NCBI GenBank assembly: GCA_020184695.1
Contig: JAANOX010000273.1
Span: 186,001-250,000, forward strand
Direction: 5' to 3'
DNA: 64,000 nt
DNA from: Histomonas meleagridis 2922-C6/04-290x
Taxonomy: Eukaryota; Protista; Parabasalia
Shown here: positions 24,466 to 36,363 of the stretch, piece after piece
How positions within the stretch are numbered: the stretch's first letter is position 1
Layout: the number at the start of each line of letters is the position of its first letter
Made by a program: the position numbers and the translations under genes
The notes under the pieces: generated by a model
The model's input: the letters and a program-made list of their open reading frames with translations, nothing else
Told to the model about the DNA's origin: nothing
Databases searched by the model: none

Positions 24466-25430
24466 TCACTCCAGAAAGTTTCTGTTCAACTGTCCCATCA
24501 GTCGTATGTCATCTGGAAACTTAATTTCTATTTCATCGAATCTACGCTTTATTGCATCCTGGTCAGCACAATTGGGAAACCATTCATCGGTTGAGAAATT
24601 ACTGATTATTATTAAGAACCATCGCCCTGGATCAATCCTAGATGATCCTTTTACCTCTCCCTGGAATGAGTATCGGTCCCCAGCATCCTTTATTTGATCA
24701 ACTAGTAAGCTCTTGCCTGGGTTCATTTCATCGAGTACAACAACTTCTGTGTCTTCATGGTGGAACCCATCCCACCACTCATTTAAATTTTTCTTATATA
24801 CTTTACTTAAAGATGATGCCTGTTGTCTTGCCCATTTTGGCTTACCAGTTCCTGGCGGACCAAATAACCACTTGTTCTTGTGCTTTAGATTCCCGTTCCA
24901 TACATTCTCAGTTCTTTCATGTCTAAGCTTGTACTCGTTTAGCTTGTTGTAATGATGGAAGGGTTTTCTCTAGTTTTGTCCACTCTATTTCTTTCATTTT
25001 CTATTGCTCCTACAGGTGTACCTAACACCAATACTTCAACCTTAGTCTTTGTGCAATAATTATAATTAGATAACTCTGATCCTCTTGCTATATCTAAGTA
25101 TGCATGTAACTTACTTGAAATTGTATTTTTATGCAACTTCTGAGTTAACCTGAAATAAAATTGTATGTGTGAAGTCCCCGTAGTTGGGGCAAACTCCTTT
25201 TCAGCGATAAAATATTTGATGTTTAATTGTTATGCAATATTTTTGAAATCTTCTTGCCAATTATTATTCGGATTGTTAAGGGTTCCACACCAACGCGCTG
25301 CTATTGGATTGATTTGACTTATTGTTCTATTCCCATCTATTTTTTGATTGATATTATTCTTCTTTATGCCACGCTTTGCACCCATTTTGCTAAAATGACT
25401 TTGCCAAATTGCGGCATTTTTTTCTGTCAT
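24466..25430 (-). pseudogene. rep: Endogenous CRESS-DNA virus replication initiator (HUH endonuclease + SF3 helicase)
   Basis: Motif I RWCGTLNNP, motif II APTTGTSHIQFY, motif III YCTK, Walker A GPPGTGK, WWDGF, Walker B VVVLDE, motif C IIISN and Arg finger AIKRRF. One in-frame TAA (25230-32) and a frameshift near 24940-24970. Confidence 0.92.
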
Positions 25431-26917
25431 TCTTTTATATAATTGGCATTTTTTATTGTTATTTTATTAATGCCATTACTTTTTTAAATTAAGTATTCAA
25501 TTGATAATTGTAAATATCAAAAATATTTCATATAACATGTCACAGATTCCATCTTGAATGTGCTAAATCAAGTGAAAGTAATTGCGTATCTTACTGTCGT
25601 AAAGATGGTAATTTGGAGATTTACCTGTTTACACAAGAAAGAAATTGAGTGAAGATGAGTATTATCAAACTTTAATGGAAGTTATCAAAAAATTAAATAT
25701 TGATCAATTGGAAGTCAAGTATCCAAAACAAATGATAATTCATAGATCACAAATTGAACGTGTAAGAAGAGATAATATGTTGAGATCTGCAGCAACAAAT
25801 GGTACATTTATGATAGATTTATATAACGAAAATAACAAAATAAAGTATTCAATCCCATCTATCGGGAGACCGTTTATAGGCACATTTGTATATTTTTGCC
25901 GATAAAAATAAAAATTATTTGTCAGAGCACCCAAATTATCATTATTGTAGGAAAAAAATTTTCCTAATTTTCCGGAACTTTAAATTGAAAGGGATTCAAT
26001 TCATACACCTCCTGAATCATAATGGAGATTATTTACGAGTTTTATAATCACTGGTTGAGTTGTTTTATCGAATGAAATATGGAAAAAATCGGATGTTGGA
26101 TAATTTAGATCCAACATTTAGGTAACTTAATCAAACTCCATTTTACCAATCAGATAATAACATTCAAATAGTACAATGCATTTGTCCTAAAATATAAATT
26201 GCCGAAAAAATTATTTCTTCTTAATTCTGTAAATAAACAAAATGATATTGAGGAAGAGGATGAAATGACTCTGATAACAGCCGGCTCAAAAAGTTATATT
26301 GTTATATCGTATCTCGATGTGTTCATGAAGTTCGATCGGCAATTTGTTTTGACGAACGGTCGATAACATGCCTAGATGGGTACTGTGAAATGCATACGCA
26401 CTTTATTACGCGCTTTTCGTGATAAACCATTCAAATACGCACTTTTTAGAATGCACGCCGATCTAACCGTAAATAATTCCAATTTTTTTTAAACTTCAAA
26501 AATTAAACTCAATGAATTTCGATAAAATTAATATATAATATATCTCATATAAAGTAATAAAATAATTTAATATTAAATTTTCAAAAAATTAATTCTCAAA
26601 TGAGATAAGATCAATTTAAAAAAATATTTTCATTTTAAAATTCCAATAGCATTAATCGAATCTACACATTCAAAAACATATATCTATAATGTTTTTTTGG
26701 ATTAAATTATCTTGTATTCATGGGAAGAAAGAATGATATTTTTTAGAAAAATCGAGTCGTATTCAATTCCCGCGGAAAAACCGTAAATAAAAACAACACA
26801 TTTAAAAAAAATTTGACATACGATATAAAATATTATCATAATATTTTAAAAGACATTTTCATGACGACAGTCACCACTTTTTGGAAGGGAAACTAGGTAA
26901 TTATACGTTAAAGAATC

Positions 26918-26965
26918 GAAGTTTCATACACCAACCGCCGCAAGCGGCGGTTGGTATAAAACTTC
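26918..26965. repeat. GC-rich hairpin (~22-bp stem, one mismatch, 2-nt bulge, AA loop)
   Basis: gaagtttcatac-ac-caaccgccgc-aa-gcggcggttg-gtataaaacttc. Confidence 0.85.
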
Positions 26966-27432
26966 TTATTTTCGTAAACAAGAATGTGGTAATAACCTGT
27001 TAAGTTCTAATGGTATTTGCATGGCTTACAGAAAGTGCAAAAATGTATTTATCATATCGCGAAAAATAACGTTATTTTTTATGGTATGTTTTTTTGCTAA
27101 AACATGCATTATGTTTTCCATAATAGGTTCCTTACATATAGGAAATGTTTTATATATTTTGAAAAACATAGATATTTCAGATTTCGTTTGATAGTTTTTG
27201 TGAAAAAGTACTTTTAATATGATTTTTTTTTTTTTTTTTTTTCATTTTATTCTAGCTATAATAAGATTGTTCTGTTCTACGGTAATATCGATAACCATTT
27301 TTGGAATATTTTTATTTTTAAAGTTCATAAACTTTTTTCAGCAAATATTTTCATATTAATAATTATATATAATTCGATTTTATTTTAAAATATTTTTGAA
27401 AAAACATATTTGTTTAATATTTTCATGCCAAT

Positions 27433-29001
27433 TCATTCATTCAACTTTGTTATTGCGTTTATCTTCAATGTATTCGAAAACAGTACTTCCGCTTCATTTT
27501 CTTCGAAGTACTTTGTGAGTGCCTTTTTTAATTCTTCTGTCACATTTTCTGCATCGACAATTTGTGGGAAGACCATTATCATAGAAATAGCCAAAAAGTT
27601 ACACATAAAGTCCATCGGCTCATCAGTAGCCAGTGCCGCAATCCAAATTGTCATCATTTTGTCCACATCCAAAACATGCGAGAAAAGTGACATCAAATAA
27701 TTGTCCAAAAACTTCAAACAGCTGATGTCGTCGCGCGATTTCATATCCTTCGTGAGCAAGTTATAGAGCAATGGATGATGATGAATGATGGTTGTCATTG
27801 TTCGGTTGATTAGCGATTCTTTTTCTTCATGGACTTTAATTAGTCCAATCTTCTTAACTAGAGAATAAAAGATCCAAAAAATAAAATGTTCAATATCAGT
27901 GGGCTCTATTCCTATAACCAAATCAGGGCTTATAAATAGTTGTGCAACTGAGTTCATTATCTTAAACATCTCATTATTAAATGTTTCGAGTTCATCACTG
28001 ATCATAAAAAAGGATGATAGCGCATCAAAAATTATTCTAATGATAGGGTGAGCTGAAGGGAATGAAGCAATTAAAATATTTTCAAGTAATTTAAGGGATA
28101 TTTTGAATCTATTTGCATGAAGAAGTTGTGTTGAAGTTACAGTGGTCCACTGTAATTTAAGTGCTTCAAAATCACCTACTATATCATACGAACCTCCAAT
28201 GACAAGATCATCAATAACTGGTATCTTTTTGACACCTTTTGGTATCGGTTCGATGTTAACCATACAATTTGGAAAAGTGCTCTTTTCATCGTGATTTGTT
28301 TCGGGTTTATCAATAAGAAGAAGAACTAAAACAAGAGGAAAATATTGACGAGGAATTTTTGTTTGTGATATTTTTTGTCGAATTTCAGGATCAAATGGTG
28401 AAGTAACAAAATTATCAATAAGGGAATCCTCAAATGGAAGAACTGAAGAATGGTACGTGCCTGTGCCATCAAATGGTAAACCTAAATATTCTAGAAGTGA
28501 TTGATGTGCATAAAGATCATTGACTTTTGTAAGAAGAGTTTCTTTGATAAGAGGATTGAAACGATGTTGTGGATGTTGTTGGATAACGATTGGTGATATA
28601 AGATAGTTATCAGTAGATTGATATTCAAGAATGTAATAATTAGAAAGTTGAGCAAAAAAAGTAGAAAAATAAAATGAGTTGTGAAATTGAACTCGAATTT
28701 TTTCCGAATTTTTGAGGCTGGTTAGTGTGATTTCGTGTTGGGGGGAATCTATTGTGAATTGATTAAATGATTCTGTATCTATAGAAATGTGCTTACTGTT
28801 GTCAGATTTTCCCATCAGGGGTGAAGGAAATGCAAATGAAAAAATGTAATTTGAAAATTTTTGTTGATCAATTTCATCGAAAATTGATTCCAAAGGAATA
28901 AATTTTAATACCTTTTGATCTGATGGTGGTATAATGTATAGAAACCCTTTAATGTTGTTTGGCTGATATGTTAAGGTTGAAAAAGGTTGCTTTTGATTCA
29001 T
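27433..29001 (-). CDS. Divergent Rab-GAP TBC-like protein
   Basis: Intact 522-aa ORF; LKLQWTTVTSTQ and helical ...HPLLYNLL...LMSLFSHVLDVDKMMTIW resemble a degenerate TBC fold. Confidence 0.5.
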   Translation of the reverse strand: MNQKQPFSTLTYQPNNIKGFLYIIPPSDQKVLKFIPLESIFDEIDQQKFSNYIFSFAFPSPLMGKSDNSKHISIDTESFNQFTIDSPQHEITLTSLKNSEKIRVQFHNSFYFSTFFAQLSNYYILEYQSTDNYLISPIVIQQHPQHRFNPLIKETLLTKVNDLYAHQSLLEYLGLPFDGTGTYHSSVLPFEDSLIDNFVTSPFDPEIRQKISQTKIPRQYFPLVLVLLLIDKPETNHDEKSTFPNCMVNIEPIPKGVKKIPVIDDLVIGGSYDIVGDFEALKLQWTTVTSTQLLHANRFKISLKLLENILIASFPSAHPIIRIIFDALSSFFMISDELETFNNEMFKIMNSVAQLFISPDLVIGIEPTDIEHFIFWIFYSLVKKIGLIKVHEEKESLINRTMTTIIHHHPLLYNLLTKDMKSRDDISCLKFLDNYLMSLFSHVLDVDKMMTIWIAALATDEPMDFMCNFLAISMIMVFPQIVDAENVTEELKKALTKYFEENEAEVLFSNTLKINAITKLNE

Positions 29002-29928
29002 TTGTCTTAATGGATGTCACTTTTTGTTCTTCATGTGTTAGAAGAAAAGTGGCACTTTTTGATATATTAAACTTATTATTAGTTAGTAAACTTTCTGAAT
29101 CTACAAGGTGACTTAAAAAATAACAACAGTCCATTTTTTAATACAATCAAAAGATTAAAATAAGTATTCTCTATTAAGTATAATGGTAATTTTTTTTATG
29201 ATTTTTGTAATATTATAGTTTTCACTTCAATAAGTCAATAAGAGAATGCTATAGTTGTTTAAAAATATATTCTTATGTTATATTTCATTAATTTTAATGT
29301 TACCACTTTAATACATAAATATCATTAAAAAAAATAATCAAATATTATATATAATATATTATATATATTTATACAATAAAATATATAAAAATTATATTTA
29401 GTATTAAACTATGATAGTTTATTTTCCAAAATGAATATTTCAATAAATTTGTGAAATTAGAGTATTTGATCTTATATGCCAGCAGGCTCTTTCCAAGAAT
29501 AACACTTGCTTGAAATTTTGCATCCAAAAATTTTGACTTTAGATAATATTAATATGAAACACTTTAAATAGTAAAATATTAAATAATGTATTCCAGCTAT
29601 AATTTAGCAAATTTTGGCTAAATATATAATTTAAAATTACAAAATTGAACTGATATTAAAATTAATCAAGATAATATATATATGATTTCATTATTATCAT
29701 TATATTAATACTATCGCTCATCACAATAAAATACTAAAAATGACTAGTCATCATTATATTAAAATTCGATACAGTAAATTCATTTGCAATTGCATCAACA
29801 TATTAAAATAATTTGTAACAACATTATATTTACGTTTTGTCAAAAACTTGAAAAGATAAAAGAACTTTTCCTCGTATTTTTTCCTTTTATAAAAGTCATT
29901 GATTAGTATATTTTTTATTTAAAGACAT

Positions 29929-30480
29929 TCATACAAGAGGCTGCGAAAGCATATTCATTGATGTGAGGAGTTCAGTGATTCTTGAAACAGGTTCTCTAAA
30001 CATATGTAATTCCATCTGTGTGATATTTGACATTTCAAAATTATCATTTATATCACTACTATTTGCTATAATTGAGCTTCGAAGTTTCTCAATTCTTATC
30101 ATCCAAATGTCTTCAATGATACTTCGAACTGCATCAAGATCAGGAATAAGAGAAGGAGCCTTAATAAAGAAGGCGAAACTAATTTCCATGTAATGGTTTG
30201 GCATTTTTGTAAGCGAAAATTTATTTTCTCGTTCATTTTTTTTAAGTTTATTGAGATAAGAAGTTGTAATCCATTTAGGCGGTATAAGTGTGCAAGATTT
30301 ACTGCTTTGTAAAAAAAATGCAAGCCACATTGGAACTTTGACTGGAATTCCAGCTTCAAATGGACCATAACTTCCAGACAGAAAATGAATTTTTGGAGAA
30401 GTAAAATGAGGGGATATAGTAATAAAAACTTTTTCTTCAGCGATAAAATTTATCTCTTCTGGAACCCAGGATTGGTTCAT
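29929..30480 (-). CDS. PSF2: GINS complex subunit Psf2
   Basis: EEINFIAE, GPFEAGIPVKVPMWLAFFL, CTLIPPKW, MPNHYMEI, VRSIIEDIWMIRIEKLR. Confidence 0.93.
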   Translation of the reverse strand: MNQSWVPEEINFIAEEKVFITISPHFTSPKIHFLSGSYGPFEAGIPVKVPMWLAFFLQSSKSCTLIPPKWITTSYLNKLKKNERENKFSLTKMPNHYMEISFAFFIKAPSLIPDLDAVRSIIEDIWMIRIEKLRSSIIANSSDINDNFEMSNITQMELHMFREPVSRITELLTSMNMLSQPLV

Positions 30481-31050
30481 TTACTTTTAGTTAATTAATT
30501 ATTAGACAGACTTTGTCAATAAAAATAACGTACGAATATTTTCTCACAACAGAAAAAAACGATCAGAAGACACAGAAAACATATTGATGCTACCATCGTG
30601 TAGCGATCGTCATACGATTTTGATAGAATAAATATATACGATATATACATAGTTGCATCTATCATTTATATAAAACTATAAATAATATCATCATGATTTG
30701 CACGAGATAAATTTATTCTTCCATTCCAACTCGCATTATATAAATAATAGTACGTTAAGAATACGTTAGCACTGCTCTGTTTTGATCGTTGTTAATTCGA
30801 AAAACTGTTTTCGATAATTTTTAATTGAAAAAAATGAAAATACAAATATGAATATCTCGATTTAAAATTTATTTCAAAAATAAAATGATTATAATATAAA
30901 AAAACAATAATAATTTTTCTTTAATAATTAATATAATATTTGAAATTTGTAATAAGACAATTCGATTAATAGGATCCATACTTTTCTTCAAAAGGTGGTT
31001 TCTATTTCCCGGCAAAATTCAAACATAGTTAGTGGAGGATTTCTTGTTCG

Positions 31051-31665
31051 ATGCAAAACAACGAAGCACAAGCAAAACCCAAACGTCAAAAAAGAAAATT
31101 TACAGCAGAAGAAGACTTACAAATTCAAGAGTTTGTTAATCAGCATGGAGCTAAACAATGGGATCTTCTTGCAAGTATGCTTAATAATAGAACACCTCGT
31201 CAGTGTCGTGATCGTTGGAAACACTATCTTTCACCTGATGTAGTTCATGCTAGTTGGACACTTGAAGAAGATAAAAACCTAATGCAATTGACCACTTTAT
31301 TTGGTAAAAAATGGGCTGCATTGGTTAAATTCTTTCCAGGCCGAACAGACATTAATATCAAAAATCATTGGAATAAGCTTCAACGAAATTGGAAAAAGAT
31401 CAACTCAAAGAATGAAAATAAACTTGTAAACGAAGCTAACACAGAAACAAACTCTAATGTAGGAGTTCTACAACAGTCCAAAATACATCCATTCTCAGAA
31501 ATTGATAACCCAGAAATTTCACATGCATTGATCAATGAAGGTCCACCTCAAAATGAAATGACACCTATTGTTTTACCAGTTGTTCAAGCTGGAAGTGTTA
31601 CACCTGAAGCACAAATAGATTCGATCCAGAAAAATGAAGTTGGAGCTCCTTCTGGAAATGCTTGA
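31051..31665 (+). CDS. R2R3 Myb transcription factor
   Basis: KFTAEED...W...RTPRQCRDRWKHYLSP and WTLEED...KKWAALVKFFPGRTDINIKNHW. Confidence 0.95.
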   Translation: MQNNEAQAKPKRQKRKFTAEEDLQIQEFVNQHGAKQWDLLASMLNNRTPRQCRDRWKHYLSPDVVHASWTLEEDKNLMQLTTLFGKKWAALVKFFPGRTDINIKNHWNKLQRNWKKINSKNENKLVNEANTETNSNVGVLQQSKIHPFSEIDNPEISHALINEGPPQNEMTPIVLPVVQAGSVTPEAQIDSIQKNEVGAPSGNA

Positions 31666-32227
31666 ATTTCTTTCTTTAGTAATGATTGATATATTAAAAT
31701 TTTCATTATTATCTTTATTTGTTATATTTGGATTTGTTCGATTAATCCCAACTTTTTGAGTTCATATCTGGCTTCTCGAGATTTTAAGCATCACATACAG
31801 AATGTTATTGTATATTCATTTAAAATATTTTAGCTTCATTAGTGAGATAGTTAACACAATTTATGTTTCTCCATGGAGCATTCACAAATATTATAACAAC
31901 CAACTCAATTAATGTTTTTGATGTTTTTTTTTTTGATTATAAAGATTTCTTTTTCTTTTAGCTTTTTTTTTTCTTCTATTGTTTTTTCTTTCCTTAATGA
32001 ATAATTAAGAATATAACATATTGTGATATTGATTAATAAGAATATAAATTAAAATAAAATATTATTATTATTACTATATAAATAATTAAAGATGAATAAA
32101 ACTCGTTTTCCCTCAACAAGAAATGTCGTTTGATTAGTCACTAAAAATTTTTTATAAAGAAAAACAATTAATTAATTTTTAATAAAAAAATAATTCACAC
32201 ATTCTTTTTCTATTGTAAATTTTCCAA

Positions 32228-33901
32228 TTAAGTATAAAAGCACTTTTCCTTTGCCAATTCTCCCATATCCTTCATCAACAAATTATGCAAATAATAATTA
32301 TTTCTTTCCAAGAAATCAGCAATATCTCCATTGTAATGACAATCGTTATAATTTGATTGCTCGACGCTTATGAACGGGTTATTCTTTAAGTTAATTTTCA
32401 TGAGTGAATAATTTCCCATTACAGCGTCAGAAATCGCTCTAATTCCATCCACGAAAATTCGATTTTTCGACAAATCCAATTCGTTTAATGAAGAATTCGA
32501 AGTGATTCCTTCAGCTATATACATAGCACCACAATCATCGATTTCACATTCAGACATTCCCACGAACAACAATGAAGTATTTACCTTTAATAAATTAGCA
32601 AAAGCCGCAAGTGCATTTGCAGTTAAGTTATTCTTATTTAAAGATATTCTTTGTAATGTATTATTCATTTGTAATGCATTACATAAAGCAGCGAAACTAA
32701 CTGATGTCATTCCAACTTCATTTAATTCTATTTCTTTTATTGTTGTGTTACGCGCAAGTTTTTTAGCTAATAAAGAAATCGATTCATCATTAAAATTATT
32801 TCCGCTAAGTTTTAATACATTAATTGCAGAATTCCCCGAAATTAATTCACAAAAGAAATTAATTCCTTCGGGATCAATCATATTATATCTTAAATCAAGT
32901 GTTTCAAGTGTTTTGTTATTTAATAACGCAACTGCTAATGGCCATACTCCAACAGAACGTAATGAATTACGTGATAAATCAAGAAATTTTAATGTGTCGT
33001 TTTTTGCTAATGCTACACCAAAGAATCCTGCTGATGGAGGATTAAATCGATTCGCACCAAGTTGTAATTTCGTTAATGACTTGTTCCGATATATCATATC
33101 GCTGATATATATCGCTGCATTATCATTGATAAAATTATATGATAACGCAAGAGTTTGTAAGGATGTGTTACTACGAAGACTTCGACATAATAATTCAAGT
33201 GATTCTTGATTAAGTTGACATTTCCACAAGTAAAGTGTTTGAAGAGAACATTTCGGATCTGATAAAAGACTTCCAAGTGAATCAATCGCGCCATTACTAA
33301 GTGGATCTTGGAGAAGTAATGTTAACATAGTATGGTTACTCATAAGAGCTCGTGCTAATGCATCTGCTCCAAGTTGGTCACATCCACATTTGATAAGATC
33401 AATGCCTGTGAGAATAGTATTATTGGAAAGTGAAAGTGCTATGTCTTCAATACCTTTGTCTTTGATACCACTGTTCTCACGAAGGTCAAGATAATGAATA
33501 GGAGCATTAGCTTCAAGAGCTGAAGCAAGATATTTGGCACCAGTAGGTCCAAATGTATTTTGTCTAAGAATAAGTGAAATTGGTTCTCGATTAGGTGGCA
33601 TGCCCTTCAGAATATTGGATAAAAATTGAATTGAATCATCATCGATGGAATTATTATTGATTTCAAAATATGTGATTTTGGGATTGGTAGAGAGAAGATT
33701 AAAGATCTTTCGAATGGATGTGGCAGATAGTTCGTTTTTTTGTAGGACTATTTTCGAGATAAATTGATTTTCTTGAAAAGCGCTGATTAAATCAGATGTC
33801 ATCTCATCTGTTAACTTAATGGAAGACATGTTAAGAGAATTAATGATTGGGTCATTTCGACGAAGAAGGAGAATGATTTGTTGAAAACGTTTTTTCTCCA
33901 T
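32228..33901 (-). CDS. Ribonuclease-inhibitor-type leucine-rich repeat protein (NLRC3-like)
   Basis: About 28-aa repeats of the form N.TL..L.L..N.I...GA..LA..L. Confidence 0.9.
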   Translation of the reverse strand: MEKKRFQQIILLLRRNDPIINSLNMSSIKLTDEMTSDLISAFQENQFISKIVLQKNELSATSIRKIFNLLSTNPKITYFEINNNSIDDDSIQFLSNILKGMPPNREPISLILRQNTFGPTGAKYLASALEANAPIHYLDLRENSGIKDKGIEDIALSLSNNTILTGIDLIKCGCDQLGADALARALMSNHTMLTLLLQDPLSNGAIDSLGSLLSDPKCSLQTLYLWKCQLNQESLELLCRSLRSNTSLQTLALSYNFINDNAAIYISDMIYRNKSLTKLQLGANRFNPPSAGFFGVALAKNDTLKFLDLSRNSLRSVGVWPLAVALLNNKTLETLDLRYNMIDPEGINFFCELISGNSAINVLKLSGNNFNDESISLLAKKLARNTTIKEIELNEVGMTSVSFAALCNALQMNNTLQRISLNKNNLTANALAAFANLLKVNTSLLFVGMSECEIDDCGAMYIAEGITSNSSLNELDLSKNRIFVDGIRAISDAVMGNYSLMKINLKNNPFISVEQSNYNDCHYNGDIADFLERNNYYLHNLLMKDMGELAKEKCFYT

Positions 33902-34408
33902 TTCTCTAAATGCTTATTTAAAAAGTGTCATTGGCTAAAGAAGAACTTTGAAGTGAATAAAAGAATCGATTTTTCACAATTCAGTTTAAGGCTGACTCAC
34001 TTTCCTGTTACATTTTCCAAAAAATTATCCCGTAGTTTAAAAAGCTAGTGTTAATTAAGTTAATGGTGTATTTTGAAATTTTTCAAAAAAAAAAAAAATG
34101 GGTTTTTTAATGATCAGGGGGTCATTAATGATAATTTTGTAAGCAAAATAATTGTATTTAGATCTTTTTGAGAGTACGATAGATTCAATTTTGTTGATTA
34201 TACATTATTTTTTTTGCAGTAATCCCAATTAAAATAGATGTTAAGCGGTCTATAAGAATGATATTTTAAAATCATGAGTACATTAGGAATTAAGAGTTTA
34301 CCCAAACTTTTAATAGTTCTCCAAAACAGAACTATTAAGATGTGGTTAAGCCAAAAACTAAAACTTTTCATATAATATTATACCAATTTTAAACCATATC
34401 CATTTTAT

Positions 34409-35569
34409 TTATGTGCACAATGCTTTCATTACAGCTTTATTTGCAACTTTTGTGCGCATTTTTTCATCAGTATACAAAAGTCCTTTTTCAAACAATTTCT
34501 TCAAATTTGTTACATCCGCCATATCACCAGCAAAAGCACCATCAGAACTTTTACATAGCTTCTGTACGAGCTGCGATTTTCTCACAGCTCTTGTCAAAGC
34601 ATTGTTTACTATTTCATTAATTCTATTTTCTTCATGCTCAATTGAATCGTCAATGTTTACGCCGAACTTTAAGTCCTCATAAACATGTGCAAGTGCACCT
34701 CCGTGTGCGCCAAGTCGCGTAGAAACTCTCCGAAGTTCATACGCACTAAATATCTTAGAGCGAATGAGAACTTCGAATGCTGTTTCGTTAAAATCTTGGG
34801 AAGATGCAATTCGAATAGTGTTTAATGACGAAAGATGCGAAATGTTATTAAGAATTAATGAATTACGAAGCTCTATAACAGTGGGAACAAAGTTTGTATA
34901 GAGGTTTTTGCGAGAAAGTGAAGAAGAAATGATTTGGTAAAGTGATGTGTTAATTAGTGTATCGCCTGAATGTAAAAATATGACCGGGCGAATGGTGTCG
35001 GCGAAGCTGTGAAGTACAGAAAAGAAGTTATAGATGCCATAAGTGGAAATCGTATTGTCTTTGTTAAGAATTTGATCAATGGATTTTGATATCCGAAGAT
35101 ATGTTTGACCAAGTTGAGGGTCAAGACCTAGTGGATAGGCAATTGATTTGTTCACGCTTTTTGGATTAAGAGCTTTAAGGATATCTGCTGATAAATATGG
35201 ACGAAGTTTAAGAAGACCATCAAGAAGAGATGTTTTAAGGTGCGAAATGAACTCAACTTCAGTTGGGAATTTAAATGCATCAAGATTTAAAACAAGGCGT
35301 TGTTTAGTAAAAAGATCTTCTGCAAGTAAATTAAGAGTTTGAGATTTTCCACTTTCATAAGGACCAGTAACAAACATTGTACTTCTTGATGGTAATGTTT
35401 CAACATATCGTTTGAGAGATGTGTTTAAAGTTGAAGACAACATAAATGGAATTCGAGTATTATTTCGTACAAATGTTCTCCTCATAAATAATATATAGAA
35501 TAAAAAAAGAGCTGTAATTAAAAATACGCAGAATAATGTGATATTTTTCCTTGTAAAAGTATTTCCCAT
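34409..35569 (-). CDS. Membrane-anchored P-loop NTPase-like protein
   Basis: N-terminal hydrophobic helix, then MFVTGPYESGKSQTL Walker A-like motif; intact 386-aa ORF. Confidence 0.65.
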   Translation of the reverse strand: MGNTFTRKNITLFCVFLITALFLFYILFMRRTFVRNNTRIPFMLSSTLNTSLKRYVETLPSRSTMFVTGPYESGKSQTLNLLAEDLFTKQRLVLNLDAFKFPTEVEFISHLKTSLLDGLLKLRPYLSADILKALNPKSVNKSIAYPLGLDPQLGQTYLRISKSIDQILNKDNTISTYGIYNFFSVLHSFADTIRPVIFLHSGDTLINTSLYQIISSSLSRKNLYTNFVPTVIELRNSLILNNISHLSSLNTIRIASSQDFNETAFEVLIRSKIFSAYELRRVSTRLGAHGGALAHVYEDLKFGVNIDDSIEHEENRINEIVNNALTRAVRKSQLVQKLCKSSDGAFAGDMADVTNLKKLFEKGLLYTDEKMRTKVANKAVMKALCT

Positions 35570-36363
35570 TACAAGGGATAATCAGCTGATGTAAAATTTG
35601 TGACGGTTTTTTTGTTTGGGTATTCTATAGTTTATGGAAAGTGGGAACTACCGAAGAAATGCTTGATCAAGCATCCAAAAGTTTGTATGTTATGGGGATT
35701 TTTCAAGGCATCTCTTATCTTTCTCAATGATGTCTTTATGCTGCTCAATTTGTTATCTTTCGTTAATATTTGATAATCTTTCATAATTTATTCTATTCTT
35801 TATGCACTTTTCGCTAACGATTTGAACTATACTTCTAAAATTTTGATTTAATCCGTTGATGTTATTATTATAATAATAAAACTTTAATAAAGGTTTTTGG
35901 GGTCCAAAAATTCCAAGATCATGTGCCTGAACCTGTACCTGAAGGTTCTTGAAATTTGAACTCCAAAAAATATAGCTTCATCGAAGAAATAATTTTATAT
36001 TTGAAAAATATTCCAGACTTCATTACTAATCAATATTTCATCGTTAATACAATAAATTAAACTAAATAAATGTTATTTATCAATTTTATTAAATTTTGAG
36101 TTTTTTTTCCTCCCTCATTTAACAGTCTTTCATTCTTATTGAATATTGATAATATATATTATATATTCATAATGTATATTAATATTATTTATTATTAGTT
36201 AATATAAATAGGGTCCATTTAAGTTTTAATCGATCATAAAAAAATCCAAAAATAAAGTTTAGTTTATTTAACTACAGCCAAACAAATAAAAATTATTTTT
36301 TCATTCGAGAACACACATTTAAACTTTAAGATATTATTATCAAATTTATTATTATCATTTCTA

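Noticed and set aside
25444-25475. 7-bp stem-loop (tggcatt...aatgcca) just upstream of Rep as a possible CRESS origin
   Set aside because: The stem is short and AT-rich and the loop has no NANTATTAC-like nonanucleotide
32502-33209. 235-aa plus-strand ORF
   Set aside because: Antisense shadow of the LRR gene with no domain signal
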